Below, one piece after another: positions 8,447-20,518 of a stretch of 32,000 bases of DNA (position 1 is its first letter; each line of letters begins with the position of its first letter). The stretch is taken from the NCBI GenBank assembly GCA_003194425.1, contig PQXB01000003.1, forward strand, positions 31,615 through 63,614. Direction: 5' to 3'. This DNA comes from Candidatus Methanophagaceae archaeon (GTDB lineage: Archaea > Halobacteriota > Syntropharchaeia > Alkanophagales > Methanospirareceae). The notes under the pieces are model-generated. The model did no database searches. It saw only the letters and a list, made by a program, of their open reading frames with translations, and was not told the origin of the DNA. The translations under genes and the position numbers were made by a program.

Positions 8447-9145
8447 TTACTTCAGCACCTCCAGCAATGCAACCCGCTCCAAGACCAACTTCCCTAACTT
8501 CTCCTCGCCCTTCCCCTTTCCCTCACCCTTTCCCTCACCCTTTCCCTCACCCTCACCCTTTCCCTCGCCCTCGCCCTTTCCCTCGCCCTTTCCCTCTCCC
8601 ACCGCCCTCAACTCCGCTTCGGTTACGCCAAAGAACTTTTTTATTCGCTCCCTCTTCGCCTCATTCAATTCTAAAACCGCCTCTTCCTCCAACCCCGTCT
8701 TCCTCTTCACCTCCGCCGCCACCGCCTCCAAATCCAACTCCTTCTTTCTCTTGCCCTCTCCCTCCCTCACTGCGTCAAAAATAACGACCGCAACACTCTT
8801 CTCGTCGCCTTCGCGCTCTGACGCCGAGACGCCAATTTCCAACGCCCGTCCAATCTGCCTTCTACCCGCAGCGTACAAGAGAACCTCCAAGCCCAGGTCG
8901 CTCGTTAGGTTTCTTCCGCTCTTTTCGGCTCTCACCGCCTTCTGAACCGCTGACTTTAAGTGCTCCTCGCCTGCCACTAAGTTCGCGTTCAGAGCTTGCA
9001 CCACCACGCCGTCGTAGTTGGAGGCAACGCTTTTCAGCGTAGCAAGAAAAGCCTTTAAATTCGGAATGCGGACTTTACCGGCGAGTATTTTGGTGTTTAT
9101 TTTGGAGTTTTGTTCCCGCTCTAAATATTTTTCTTGGTTTTGCAT
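8447..9145 (-). CDS. cgi121: KEOPS complex subunit Cgi121
   Basis: VQALNANLVAGEEHLKSAVQKAVRAEKSGRNLTSDLGLEVLLYAAGRRQIGRALEIG matches the Cgi121 core pattern. A C-terminal (GEGKGE)n insertion is present. Confidence 0.7.
   Translation of the reverse strand: MQNQEKYLEREQNSKINTKILAGKVRIPNLKAFLATLKSVASNYDGVVVQALNANLVAGEEHLKSAVQKAVRAEKSGRNLTSDLGLEVLLYAAGRRQIGRALEIGVSASEREGDEKSVAVVIFDAVREGEGKRKKELDLEAVAAEVKRKTGLEEEAVLELNEAKRERIKKFFGVTEAELRAVGEGKGEGKGEGEGKGEGEGKGEGKGEGKGKGEEKLGKLVLERVALLEVLK
8504..8600. repeat. In-frame tandem repeat in cgi121 (6/12-nt units ccctttccctcr, about 8 units)
   Basis: Read directly. It encodes GEGKGEGKGEGEGKGEGEGKGEGKGEGKGKGE on the minus strand. Confidence 0.9.
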
Positions 9146-9231
9146 TTTGCATTTTTTTACAGTTGCATTTTTTTACAGTTTGTTATTGTTTTGCTTTACT
9201 AGTTAACAAATAAAGGGAAATAAATGGGAAA

Positions 9232-9792
9232 ATGAGTGGTAAAAAAGAACGAGTCTGCCCTGTTGAAAGAGCAGGGATGCTTGATAAGAGGATAAGAAAA
9301 TTATTGCAGAACCCCAAAAAGATTTTAGAAAACTATGTTAAAGAAGGGGCGACAATTTTGGATTTAGGCTGCGGTCCCGGATTCTTTTCTGTGGAAATGG
9401 CTAAAATGGTCGGTAAATCCGGCAAAGTTATTGCTGCCGACCTGCAGGAAGGAATGCTTCAGAAATTGAAGAACAAGATTCAAGGAACAGAAATTGAAAA
9501 GAGAATTGAGTTACACAAATGCGAAAAGGATAAAATTGGAATTTCGGAGAAAGTAGACTTTGTTTTGGCTTTTTATATGTTTCACGAAGTTCATAATCAA
9601 GAAAAATTCTTGGAAGAGATAAAATCGGTTCTAAAGCCAAGTGGGAAATTTTTTATCGTAGAGCCAAAATTTTTTCACGTTTCAGAGCAGGCATTTGAAG
9701 AAACGATAAAAAAAGCCAAAAAAGTAGGATTTAAACCCACCGAAAGACCAAAAGTATTTTTTAGCAGGGCTGTTGTTTTGAAAGTATTATGA
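9232..9792 (+). CDS. Class I SAM-dependent methyltransferase
   Basis: It has motif I ILDLGCGPGFFS, and downstream VIAADL and FVLAFYMFHEV. GC is clearly lower than in the neighbouring genes. Its stop overlaps the asd start (ATGA). Confidence 0.8.
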   Translation: MSGKKERVCPVERAGMLDKRIRKLLQNPKKILENYVKEGATILDLGCGPGFFSVEMAKMVGKSGKVIAADLQEGMLQKLKNKIQGTEIEKRIELHKCEKDKIGISEKVDFVLAFYMFHEVHNQEKFLEEIKSVLKPSGKFFIVEPKFFHVSEQAFEETIKKAKKVGFKPTERPKVFFSRAVVLKVL

Positions 9793-10955
9793 AAAACAGG
9801 AAGAAGATAAAAGTAGGGGTCTTGGGAGCGACGGGAAGCGTGGGGCAGAGGTTCGTGCAGCTTTTAGACGGACACCCCTGGTTCGAGCTCGCGGGGCTCT
9901 TCGCATCTGAGAGGAGTGCAGGGAAAAAATACCGCGAGGTGGCGAAGTGGTTCCTGCCGTCTGAAATGCCAGAGGAGGTTGCGGAGACGGTAGTACGGTC
10001 AGTGGACGAGGCGGGTGCTTCAGTGAGAGGAGACGGAGGAGACGAAGATGAAATCGCAATTATGTTTTCCGCTCTGCCGGGGTCGGTTGCGAGCGAAGTG
10101 GAGAAGAGGTGCGCGGCTGCGGGTTTCGCGGTCTGTACAAATGTCTCGGTGCACAGAATGGATCCCGACATTCCGCTGGTCATTCCGGAGTTGAACGCTG
10201 ACCATTTGGCTTTGATCGAGGTGCAGAAGAAGAGGAGGGGCTGGGACGGACGGGGCGGGTTCATCGTGACGAACCCGAACTGCTCTGCGATTGTTCTGAC
10301 TTTGAGTCTGAAGCCGCTGATGCAATTAGGGAACGGGATAAGGGAGGTGCGGGTAGCGACGATGCAGGCGGTCTCGGGCGCCGGTTACGCAGGCGTGCCC
10401 TCGATGGCGATTATTGACAACGTGCTCCCTTTCATCGGAAACGAGGAGGAGAAAATGGAGACCGAGCCACTCAAGATTCTCGGCACGCTGGAAGTGGAAG
10501 CGGGAGCGGGAGCAGGAGCGGGAGCGGGAGCAGGAGCAGGCTGGAAGAGAATAAAAAATGCTGAGTTCAAGGTCTGTGCCTCTTGCCACCGCGTTCCTGT
10601 TTTAGACGGGCACACAGAGGCGGTCTGGGTGCGGTTTGAGGACGGGGAAGGAGGGGAGGATGGGGAGAGTGTGGGGGTGGAAGAAGTGAAATCGGCGTTC
10701 AGAAACTTCGCTACGCCACTAAAAACGCCGTTCGCACCTGAAAACCCGATAATTCTGCGTGAAGAGCCGGACAGACCGCAGCCGAAGTTGGACAGGGACG
10801 CGGGTGGGGGAATGAGCGTCTCGGTCGGTCGGGTGAGAAAAGGGCGGGCGGAGAACGAAGTGAAATTTATCACGCAGGGGCACAACACAGTGAGGGGCGC
10901 TGCCGGTGCCTCGATTTTAAACGCCGAGGTGCTGGTTGAGAGGGGCTACATTTAA
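9789..10955 (+). CDS. asd: Aspartate-semialdehyde dehydrogenase (archaeal type)
   Basis: It has the KVGVLGATGSVGQRFVQLL NAD(P)-binding N-terminus, the active-site region TNPNCSAIVL, and GHNTVRGAAGASILNAE at the C-terminus. It carries a (GA)n insertion. Confidence 0.88.
   Translation: MKNRKKIKVGVLGATGSVGQRFVQLLDGHPWFELAGLFASERSAGKKYREVAKWFLPSEMPEEVAETVVRSVDEAGASVRGDGGDEDEIAIMFSALPGSVASEVEKRCAAAGFAVCTNVSVHRMDPDIPLVIPELNADHLALIEVQKKRRGWDGRGGFIVTNPNCSAIVLTLSLKPLMQLGNGIREVRVATMQAVSGAGYAGVPSMAIIDNVLPFIGNEEEKMETEPLKILGTLEVEAGAGAGAGAGAGAGWKRIKNAEFKVCASCHRVPVLDGHTEAVWVRFEDGEGGEDGESVGVEEVKSAFRNFATPLKTPFAPENPIILREEPDRPQPKLDRDAGGGMSVSVGRVRKGRAENEVKFITQGHNTVRGAAGASILNAEVLVERGYI
10500..10540. repeat. In-frame tandem repeat in asd (6-nt ggagcr units; 18-nt gcgggagcgggagcagga x2)
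   Basis: Read directly. It encodes AGAGAGAGAGAGAG. Confidence 0.85.
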
Positions 10956-11033
10956 ATTTAAATTGGAAGGGAAGGATTGAAGAAACCTAAAAAGCAAGAG
11001 GCTCTTTAGCAAGAAAGAGAGTTGTTATTGAAC

Positions 11034-11200
11034 AACTTTGTGACTATGAAATGAGGAGGGCTGCAGAGTCCACGTTCTCTTGTTTAAACGCAGATTCGGT
11101 GTGTTTGTGAGAGCAACCAAGTTTGAGAATATTGTTAAAGAAGTTGTGCTGAATTATGCTGTGCTGAATTATGCTGATTTGTTACTTATTAGACAAACCA
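11034..11200 (+). repeat. Intergenic repeat module, copy A (65-nt core 11034-11098, diverged spacer, 31-nt distal block 11170-11200)
   Basis: By-eye alignment to the reverse complement of 31506-31699. The core has 62/65 identity and the distal block 29/31. The spacer is recognisably homologous but diverged and differs in length (71 vs 98 nt). The module contains a 15-nt x2 tandem (11146-11175). Confidence 0.85.
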
Positions 11201-11220
11201 GTAGCAAACGCCACTTTAGG

Positions 11221-14031
11221 TTAGGCGGCGAACTCTACTCCTTCCAGCTCTTTTCCAATCTGCTTTGCGATCTCCTCGGGTTCTGCTTTTGCTTCTGCTT
11301 CTTGCGTGGCTCTTGGGTTGTACTTCCAATTTGCTGTCTCGCTGCTGATCGTCGCGTACGGCGCCGTCGGCTCCAACAACGCAACGTACCACACCGCGTC
11401 AAACCCCACCGCACCCCAGTTTCCTACCAGAATCGAAAAGTTGTAGGTCTGGTCGAAGTTTGGCGGCAGCGTGAGCGGCGTGACCAACATTTGCGACCAG
11501 TAGCCGTAACTTGGCAATCCTAAGTACCAGACGAAATAAGAGTCTACGTCCACCGCGGTTGGGTTTTTTAAGCCGATTGTGACTGTCATCGTCTCGCCGG
11601 GTTTGTAGCTCGGTTTGTTTGTTGTGACTAAGACTGTTGGTTGTTTGGGTGTTGAGGGTACCAAAGGCAAATAATCCCCTCCTTTTATTATCTCTCCTGA
11701 GCAATTGTAGGGTATCTGCCAATCCCCGATACCGTCCTCGTCTACGTCAAACCCTTTGTAGTCGCTCCAGTAGTTTCCGCCCAGGTAAGGACCGCCGATT
11801 ATGCTCGTTCCCGCAGTTTTTGTGATGTTCCAACGGTTGTTGCCGTCGTCATAGGCGTTGTTCGTGTTGTTTGCGAAGTAGTTGTTGTAGATGAGATTGT
11901 TGTTACTCAAATTCCACAACCCAATGCCGTAGCCGTTGTCAAATATGTTGTTGTCAGAGATTGTGTTGCTGGCGGAATTTTCAAGACCGATTCCCTCCTC
12001 ATCGTTTGAATAGATGCTGTTATTCGAGATTATATTGTTGTTACTCAAATTCCACAACCCAATGCCGTAGCCATTGTCAGATATGATATTGTCAGAGATT
12101 GTATTGCTGGCGGAATTTTCAAGGTCAATTCCCTCCCCATTGTTTGATATGTTGTTGTCAGAGATTGTATTGCTGGCGGAATTTTCAAGGTCGATTCCCT
12201 CCTCATCGTTTGAATAGATGCTGTTATTCGAGATTGTATTTCTGCTCGAATTATAATGCCAGAGGCCATCGTCGTTTGAATAGATATTGTTATTCGAGAT
12301 GAGGTTGTTGTCGGAAGAATCCAAGGCAATGCCGTCGCCACTGGTGTCGAAAATGTTGTTATTCGAGATTGTGTTGCTACTTGGATTGAAAACAAGGAGG
12401 ATTCCATGCTCATTGTTTGAATAAATGCTGTTATCTGAGATTATGTTATTTTTACAAAACGGATGCCCCAACTCAAAGCCACTGTTGTCGTTAGATGCAA
12501 TGTTGTTAGTCAAAATGTTGTTTGAACCTGTTATGAAGAAGCCGTCGTAATTGTATGATGCACTGTTATTCGCTAAAGTGCAGTTGCTTGAATGTAGGGA
12601 AAAGCCATCGCCATCGTTGTTATAGTTTGCAGTATTATCAGTTAAAATGCTGTTGTTAGAAGAGGACAGGAAAAAGCCTCCGCCGTTGTTATAGTTTGCA
12701 GTATTATCAGTTAAAATGCTGTTGTTAGAAGAGGACAGGATGATGCCCTTCCATTTGTTGTTTGAGCAGTTATTTTTTGTTATCTCGTTGTTGTTTGAAT
12801 AATAGAGGCTGATGCCATAACCATCGTTGTTTTCGCATTTGTTGTTTGTTATCTCGTTGTTGTTTGAATAATAGAGGTCGATGCCATCCTTGTTTGAGCA
12901 GATGTTGTTTGATATGGTGTTGTTGTTTGAATCCCTGAAGAAAATGCCAGTCCCTCTGTTTGAGGAGCAATCGTTGCTGGATATGCTACTGTTGCTTGAT
13001 TCCACGAGAGAGATGCCAGTCCCTCTGTTTGAGGAGCAATTGTTGTTAGTTAAAGCATTGTTGCTCGAAACAGATAGGTCGATGCCGCCCCAGTTGTTGT
13101 AGTCAGCGGTGTTGCTGGTGAGCGTGTTGTTACTTGAATCTCTCAACGCGATGCCATCCCAATCGTTAGAATTCACGATATTGTCAGTGAGAATATTGTT
13201 GCCACCTCCAAAGATAGAGATTCCTCTCCTATTGTTACCAGAAACAATGTTGTTAGTTAAAGCATTGTTGCTCGAAGAATCCAGCCGGATGCCGTGGCTG
13301 TTGTTATTGGCGGTGTTGCCGGTTAAAGTGTTACCGCTCGAATCCTGCAAGTAGATGCCGTAGTTGTTGTTCGCAGCGGAGTTACTGGTAAGGGTGTTGT
13401 TGTTTGAATCCCTGAAGATGATGCCATAGCCATTGTTTGAGTCTGCGGTGTTGCCAGTGAGCGTGTTGTCATTCGAAAAACCCACGCTGATGCCGCCGCC
13501 GTTGTTTGATACGATGTTGTTCGTGAGTGTATTACTGGGCGCCCACCACAGAGAGATGCCTGCGTCGTTCATCTTTACATTGTTGTTAGAAATGTTGCAG
13601 TGGCTCGTGCTGTTTGTTGGTAATGTAGAAAGCGTTGTGACGAGGTAAATACCTGCTTTTCCTGGTCCAGCCGCACCTGTTACCGTGAACCCGATGATGT
13701 TCACATATTCCGCGGTTACACAAAAGACATAGTCGTTTGGATTTGCTGCCCGAACAGTGGTCGTGGCGGGACCGTTCTCCGAGCGGATCGTGAGCCGCTG
13801 CTTGCTCACATCCACGTTCTCGGTGTAGGTGCCGTCGCGCACGACGATTGTGTCGCCGGGCGAGGAGGCATTCATCGCCTGCTGAATTGTTGTGTAGTCG
13901 TCGGGCACGTAAATTGTTGCTGCACTCACGGCAGCAGGCGCAAGGGCAAGGGCTACAAGTAGCGAAATCGCAAAAACTGTAGTCGCTATTTTTCTGTTGC
14001 TTATTTTGGTTTTCATTTTTTTTGTTTTCAC
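11221..14031 (-). CDS. Secreted/surface right-handed parallel beta-helix repeat protein (NosD/PbH1-like) with C-terminal Ig-like domain
   Basis: An N-terminal signal/anchor (IATTVFAISLLVALALAPAAVSA) is followed by IYVPDDYTTIQQAMNASSPGDTIVVRDGTYTENV. About 25 repeats of 22-23 aa follow (NNTLTxNTAxNNxxGIxL). GGNYWSDY..DEDGIGD is present near the C-terminus. Confidence 0.85.
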   Translation of the reverse strand: MKTKKMKTKISNRKIATTVFAISLLVALALAPAAVSAATIYVPDDYTTIQQAMNASSPGDTIVVRDGTYTENVDVSKQRLTIRSENGPATTTVRAANPNDYVFCVTAEYVNIIGFTVTGAAGPGKAGIYLVTTLSTLPTNSTSHCNISNNNVKMNDAGISLWWAPSNTLTNNIVSNNGGGISVGFSNDNTLTGNTADSNNGYGIIFRDSNNNTLTSNSAANNNYGIYLQDSSGNTLTGNTANNNSHGIRLDSSSNNALTNNIVSGNNRRGISIFGGGNNILTDNIVNSNDWDGIALRDSSNNTLTSNTADYNNWGGIDLSVSSNNALTNNNCSSNRGTGISLVESSNSSISSNDCSSNRGTGIFFRDSNNNTISNNICSNKDGIDLYYSNNNEITNNKCENNDGYGISLYYSNNNEITKNNCSNNKWKGIILSSSNNSILTDNTANYNNGGGFFLSSSNNSILTDNTANYNNDGDGFSLHSSNCTLANNSASYNYDGFFITGSNNILTNNIASNDNSGFELGHPFCKNNIISDNSIYSNNEHGILLVFNPSSNTISNNNIFDTSGDGIALDSSDNNLISNNNIYSNDDGLWHYNSSRNTISNNSIYSNDEEGIDLENSASNTISDNNISNNGEGIDLENSASNTISDNIISDNGYGIGLWNLSNNNIISNNSIYSNDEEGIGLENSASNTISDNNIFDNGYGIGLWNLSNNNLIYNNYFANNTNNAYDDGNNRWNITKTAGTSIIGGPYLGGNYWSDYKGFDVDEDGIGDWQIPYNCSGEIIKGGDYLPLVPSTPKQPTVLVTTNKPSYKPGETMTVTIGLKNPTAVDVDSYFVWYLGLPSYGYWSQMLVTPLTLPPNFDQTYNFSILVGNWGAVGFDAVWYVALLEPTAPYATISSETANWKYNPRATQEAEAKAEPEEIAKQIGKELEGVEFAA
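12615..12740. repeat. Near-identical 69-nt-period repeat inside the beta-helix gene (57-nt identical cores at 12615-12671 and 12684-12740)
   Basis: Read directly. A further identical 39-mer pair (11896-11934 and 12034-12072) has a 138-nt period. Confidence 0.85.
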
Positions 14032-14177
14032 CTTCTAATTTTTTTATTTTTGTGTGCTCTTGTCGCGCCGAGCGTTTGGATTTCTCTTTCTTTCCCCCTT
14101 CTCGCCCACACCCACACAACAATATTCACACATAATTAAAGATAAAACTTAACGCTATAAAATGGTTAAAGTTTAAC

Positions 14178-17176
<2,999 letters not shown>

Positions 17177-17204
<28 letters not shown>

Positions 17205-18346
17205 ACTACTGCGTCGTATTTCTTACGACCCAAAATCTGCTCGATTTCTTTTGACTGCGCACCTTTAATCAGGTCTATTTCAGAGGAGGAGTAGTTTGAG
17301 ATGCCCTTTGCGAATTCCACGCCACCTGCGTCGGCAATGCTCACCGGGTCGCCACTCGCGAACTCGCCTTCAACACCAACGACGCCAGAAGCGAGTAGGC
17401 TGCAGCGGTTTTCTGTCAACGCCGTCTTTGCACCTTCGTCCACCTTAACCTTGCCCTTCACTGCGGAAGCGAACCTGAGCCAGTGCTTGCGGTCGTTAAT
17501 CTTTTCTACGGCGTCAGCCTCTGGAAGAAAAATTGTCCCGACGCGTTCGCCTGCTACGATTCGTGCAAGAATGTCCGCCTTGTTGCCGTTCGCGATGACG
17601 AGAGGAATGCCTGCTCGGGTTGTGATTTTGGCGGCTTGAATCTTTGTCTTCATTCCGCCCACCCCTGTTTTTCCGCCACTGCCCGCTGCTGCGAGACGCT
17701 CAATCTCAGGCGTCACTTCCTCTACAATCGAGATGATTTCTATTTTCTTTTTCTTGTTCCTCCCCTCCTTCTTACTCTTGTTCCTCCCCTCTTTCTTACT
17801 CCTTGGGTCGTGAGTGTACAAGCCTTCGGTGTCGGTAAGAATGACAAGCAAGTCTGCACCGAGGTTGCTCGCTACCAGGGCGGACAAGTTGTCGTTGTCG
17901 CCGAGTTTGATTTCGTCCACCGCGACGGTGTCGTTCTCGTTGATTATTGGGACTACACCGGACTTGAGCAACGCGAGGAGCGTGTTTCGGAGGTTGAGGT
18001 AGCGGCGTCTGTTGAAGAAGTCCTCGTGGGTGAGCAAGAGTTGGGCGATTGTCTGCCCGTGCTTGGTGAAAAACCTGTCGTAAGTGCTCATCAGGACGCT
18101 CTGACCGACTGCAGCGGTTGCCTGCAGCACTTTAATGTCGCGAGGACGCTGTTTTATGCCGAGTTTCCCAATTCCTGCACCGATCGCACCCGACGAGACT
18201 AAAATAACCTCTTTACCCTGCTTCTTCAGTTCAACCACCTCTCTGGCGAGTTTCTCGACTTTTCGTGGCTCAAGCCGGTAGCTCTTGTCGGTTAGGCTGC
18301 TGGTTCCGACTTTTACTACGACCCTCCTCATTTTTTTATTTCTCAT
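17177..18346 (-). CDS. proB: Glutamate 5-kinase with C-terminal PUA domain
   Basis: It shows the amino-acid-kinase fold pattern (VVKVGTSSLTD, VILVSSGAIGAG, PIINENDTV, GDNDNLSA, LTDTEGLY) and a PUA-like C-terminus. It carries a (KKEGRNKx)2 insertion. Confidence 0.88.
17753..17800. repeat. In-frame tandem repeat in proB: 24-nt cttgttcctcccctccttcttact x2 (1 mismatch)
   Basis: Read directly: 17753-17776 and 17777-17800. Confidence 0.9.
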
Positions 18347-19052
18347 TCTCCAAATCCAAAGCCCAGAGAACCCCTCGCAAGTCTGTCAGAACGAACTCCT
18401 CTTCTTTCCTCCCGCTTCTCACCTCTCTTCTCTCCCCGCTTCTGCCCTTGCTTCTGCTCCTCTCCAGAAAGAAGGAATTCATTCCGATTTTTCGCGGGTT
18501 GAGAAAATCGAAGACCCAGTGGTCACCTGTGTGAACGACCGCCTGCGGCTCCACACCCAGAATCTCGCAGACCCGCTCGTAAAAACCGTTTGACTTCTTC
18601 ACCGCTCCGAAGTCAGAGGTTGCGGAAAAGGTGTGGGAAAAGAACTTTTTTATCCCACGAATTTGAAATTCAACGAACTCCGTCGGCGCGTTCGAGCAGA
18701 CAACCAGCTCAAACCCCGCCTCCTTCAAAACCCTCAAAACCTCCTCCGCCTCCTCGTAAATCCTCACCTCTCCCTCGCACCGCCTAAACAACTCCTCACG
18801 CGTTACCTCCCCCTCCAAGCCAAACTCCCGCAGCCAGTAGTCAATTTTGTACCACTCGACCCGCTCCTCGCCCACTCGGTCGTACCTGCTCTTCACGAAC
18901 TCAAACGCCTGCTCAAAGCTCAACCCCTGCTTCGCGGCGTAAGCCTCTGGAACGCCTCGCAGCCAAACGCAGTCCGCAAAGCCCTGACTCACCAAAGTAC
19001 CGTCAAGGTCGAACGAGAAGACCGCTAACTCTTTAGCCCTCAGTTTTTCCAC
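18336..19052 (-). CDS. HAD-superfamily hydrolase (phosphatase-like)
   Basis: It has HAD motif I FDLDGTLV, motif II VCSNAP and a late GDHWVFD. It overlaps proB by 11 nt and lies 15 nt after the aminotransferase gene. Confidence 0.75.
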   Translation of the reverse strand: MEKLRAKELAVFSFDLDGTLVSQGFADCVWLRGVPEAYAAKQGLSFEQAFEFVKSRYDRVGEERVEWYKIDYWLREFGLEGEVTREELFRRCEGEVRIYEEAEEVLRVLKEAGFELVVCSNAPTEFVEFQIRGIKKFFSHTFSATSDFGAVKKSNGFYERVCEILGVEPQAVVHTGDHWVFDFLNPRKIGMNSFFLERSRSKGRSGERREVRSGRKEEEFVLTDLRGVLWALDLENEK

Positions 19053-19067
19053 CTCCCTCTACCTCTT

Positions 19068-20219
19068 CTACCACTTCTCTACCTCTTCTACCACCTGCTC
19101 TAACGCCTCGATTGTCCTCGAGACCTCGTCCTCGGTTATGTTTCCCATCGTGGCGATTCGGAAAATCTTGCCCTTCAGCCGCCCCTGCCCGCCTGCTACT
19201 CTTACGCCTCTCTCCAGCATTCCGCCCCGAATCTGCTCGTCCCCGTCCACAAGCCCCTTGCCTTCAGGAATCTTGACCGCGGTAACCGTGTTTGAGTAAC
19301 TGCTCACCTCGTTCAGCCGTGGGAACAACTCAAGCCCAAGCCCTCTAACTGCGTTTCGAACCGTCTCCGCCAGCCTTCTGTGCCGTTCTACCCGCCTCGT
19401 CAGCCCCTCCTCTTTTACCACCTCCAACGCCTCGTGCAGTGCGAAGAAGAGAGGCAGAGCGGGCGTGTAGGGCGTCTGCCGCTTCTCAAAACTCTTCTTG
19501 TAAGCCACGAGGTCAGCGTAGTAAGGTCGTTTTTTATTTTTCTTTTCTTTCTCTTTTTCCTCTTTGTTCTCCTGAATCAAGTCCCACGCCTTCTCGCTGA
19601 CCGAGACCGCAGACAGCCCTGGCGGAGCACCTAAGCATTTCTGCGAGCCCACGATCGCGATGTCCACGCCGAACTCGTCCACCAGAACTTCGTCTCCCCC
19701 AATTGAAGTGACGCAGTCAAGCACAAAGACCGCGTCGTGCTTCCTCGCAAGCCGCCCTACTTCCCTCGCGGGATTGAGAATGCCCGTTGAGGTCTCGTTG
19801 TGCACCAGCGTAACCACTTTGGGTGCGGAGCTGGGACTTTCTTCCAAAGCCGCCTTCACCACTTCTAACTCAATCGGGCTTCCCCAGTCAAAGTTCGCCT
19901 CTCTTTTACGCTTCCCGCCTCCGCCCCCCGCCGCGATCTCAGAGAACCGCTCTCCAAATTTGCCGTTCGCTACGCAGACCACTCTCGTCCCCTCTGCAGC
20001 GAGGTTTTCTACTGCCGCTTCCATCGCGCAAGTTCCCGACCCGCTCAGCACAAAGAGGTCGTTCCTCGTCTGAAAAATCTCTTTCAGCCCCTCCACAATC
20101 TCCGCGTACAACTGCCCGAATTCTTCTCCCCTGTGAAAAATCATTGGCTTTGACATCGCCTCTCGAATCCGCGGCAGCACCGGCACCGGTCCCGGAATCA
20201 TCAACAACTCCTCTTCCAT
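19068..20219 (-). CDS. Class V aminotransferase (serine-pyruvate/phosphoserine/aspartate aminotransferase family)
   Basis: It contains LMIPGPVPV, SGSGTCAMEAAV, LVHNETSTG, DCVTSIGG and GSQKCLGAPPGLS (PLP Lys region). It carries a KEEKEKEKKNKK insertion. Confidence 0.85.
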   Translation of the reverse strand: MEEELLMIPGPVPVLPRIREAMSKPMIFHRGEEFGQLYAEIVEGLKEIFQTRNDLFVLSGSGTCAMEAAVENLAAEGTRVVCVANGKFGERFSEIAAGGGGGKRKREANFDWGSPIELEVVKAALEESPSSAPKVVTLVHNETSTGILNPAREVGRLARKHDAVFVLDCVTSIGGDEVLVDEFGVDIAIVGSQKCLGAPPGLSAVSVSEKAWDLIQENKEEKEKEKKNKKRPYYADLVAYKKSFEKRQTPYTPALPLFFALHEALEVVKEEGLTRRVERHRRLAETVRNAVRGLGLELFPRLNEVSSYSNTVTAVKIPEGKGLVDGDEQIRGGMLERGVRVAGGQGRLKGKIFRIATMGNITEDEVSRTIEALEQVVEEVEKW

Positions 20220-20518
20220 ATTTCTCTCAAATCCTTTCTTTCATTTAATCACAAGCAAATGCGACCCTTCGCCAAGCTCCGTTGAATTCTGCAACTTCAT
20301 ATTCCGCCCATCCAAAGTCAACGCAACCTCCTCTGGAACCTCCGAAGCTTCCCATGCCAAAGTCGTCCTCTCTCCTGCCGGAACCCCTACGCTGAGATTC
20401 CAAGTTCCTCTCTCCCGGTCTTTGTTTAGCTCAGTTGCAAAAAACTTATTCTCTCTTTCGCTTTTGCATCGTTTTCGCTTTCTTATTTTATTCTTCTTTT
20501 AGCACTTTTTAAAAAGTT

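Noticed and set aside
8320-8784. 154-aa proline-rich plus-strand ORF
   Set aside because: It starts inside tRNA-Gln and is antisense to cgi121. Its P-rich sequence is the reverse-frame reading of the GEGKGE repeat.
11034-11200. Repeat module considered as a MITE
   Set aside because: The putative terminal inverted repeats are weak (TTTGTGACTATGAA vs TTTGTCTAATAA). No flanking target duplication is visible. Divergence is concentrated in the middle rather than spread uniformly. With only two copies this cannot be excluded.
11080-11523. 147-aa plus-strand ORF starting inside repeat-module copy A
   Set aside because: It has a TTG start and no motifs, and it runs antisense through the 3' end of the beta-helix gene. 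Its composition looks non-coding. An antisense RNA remains possible, but not a protein.
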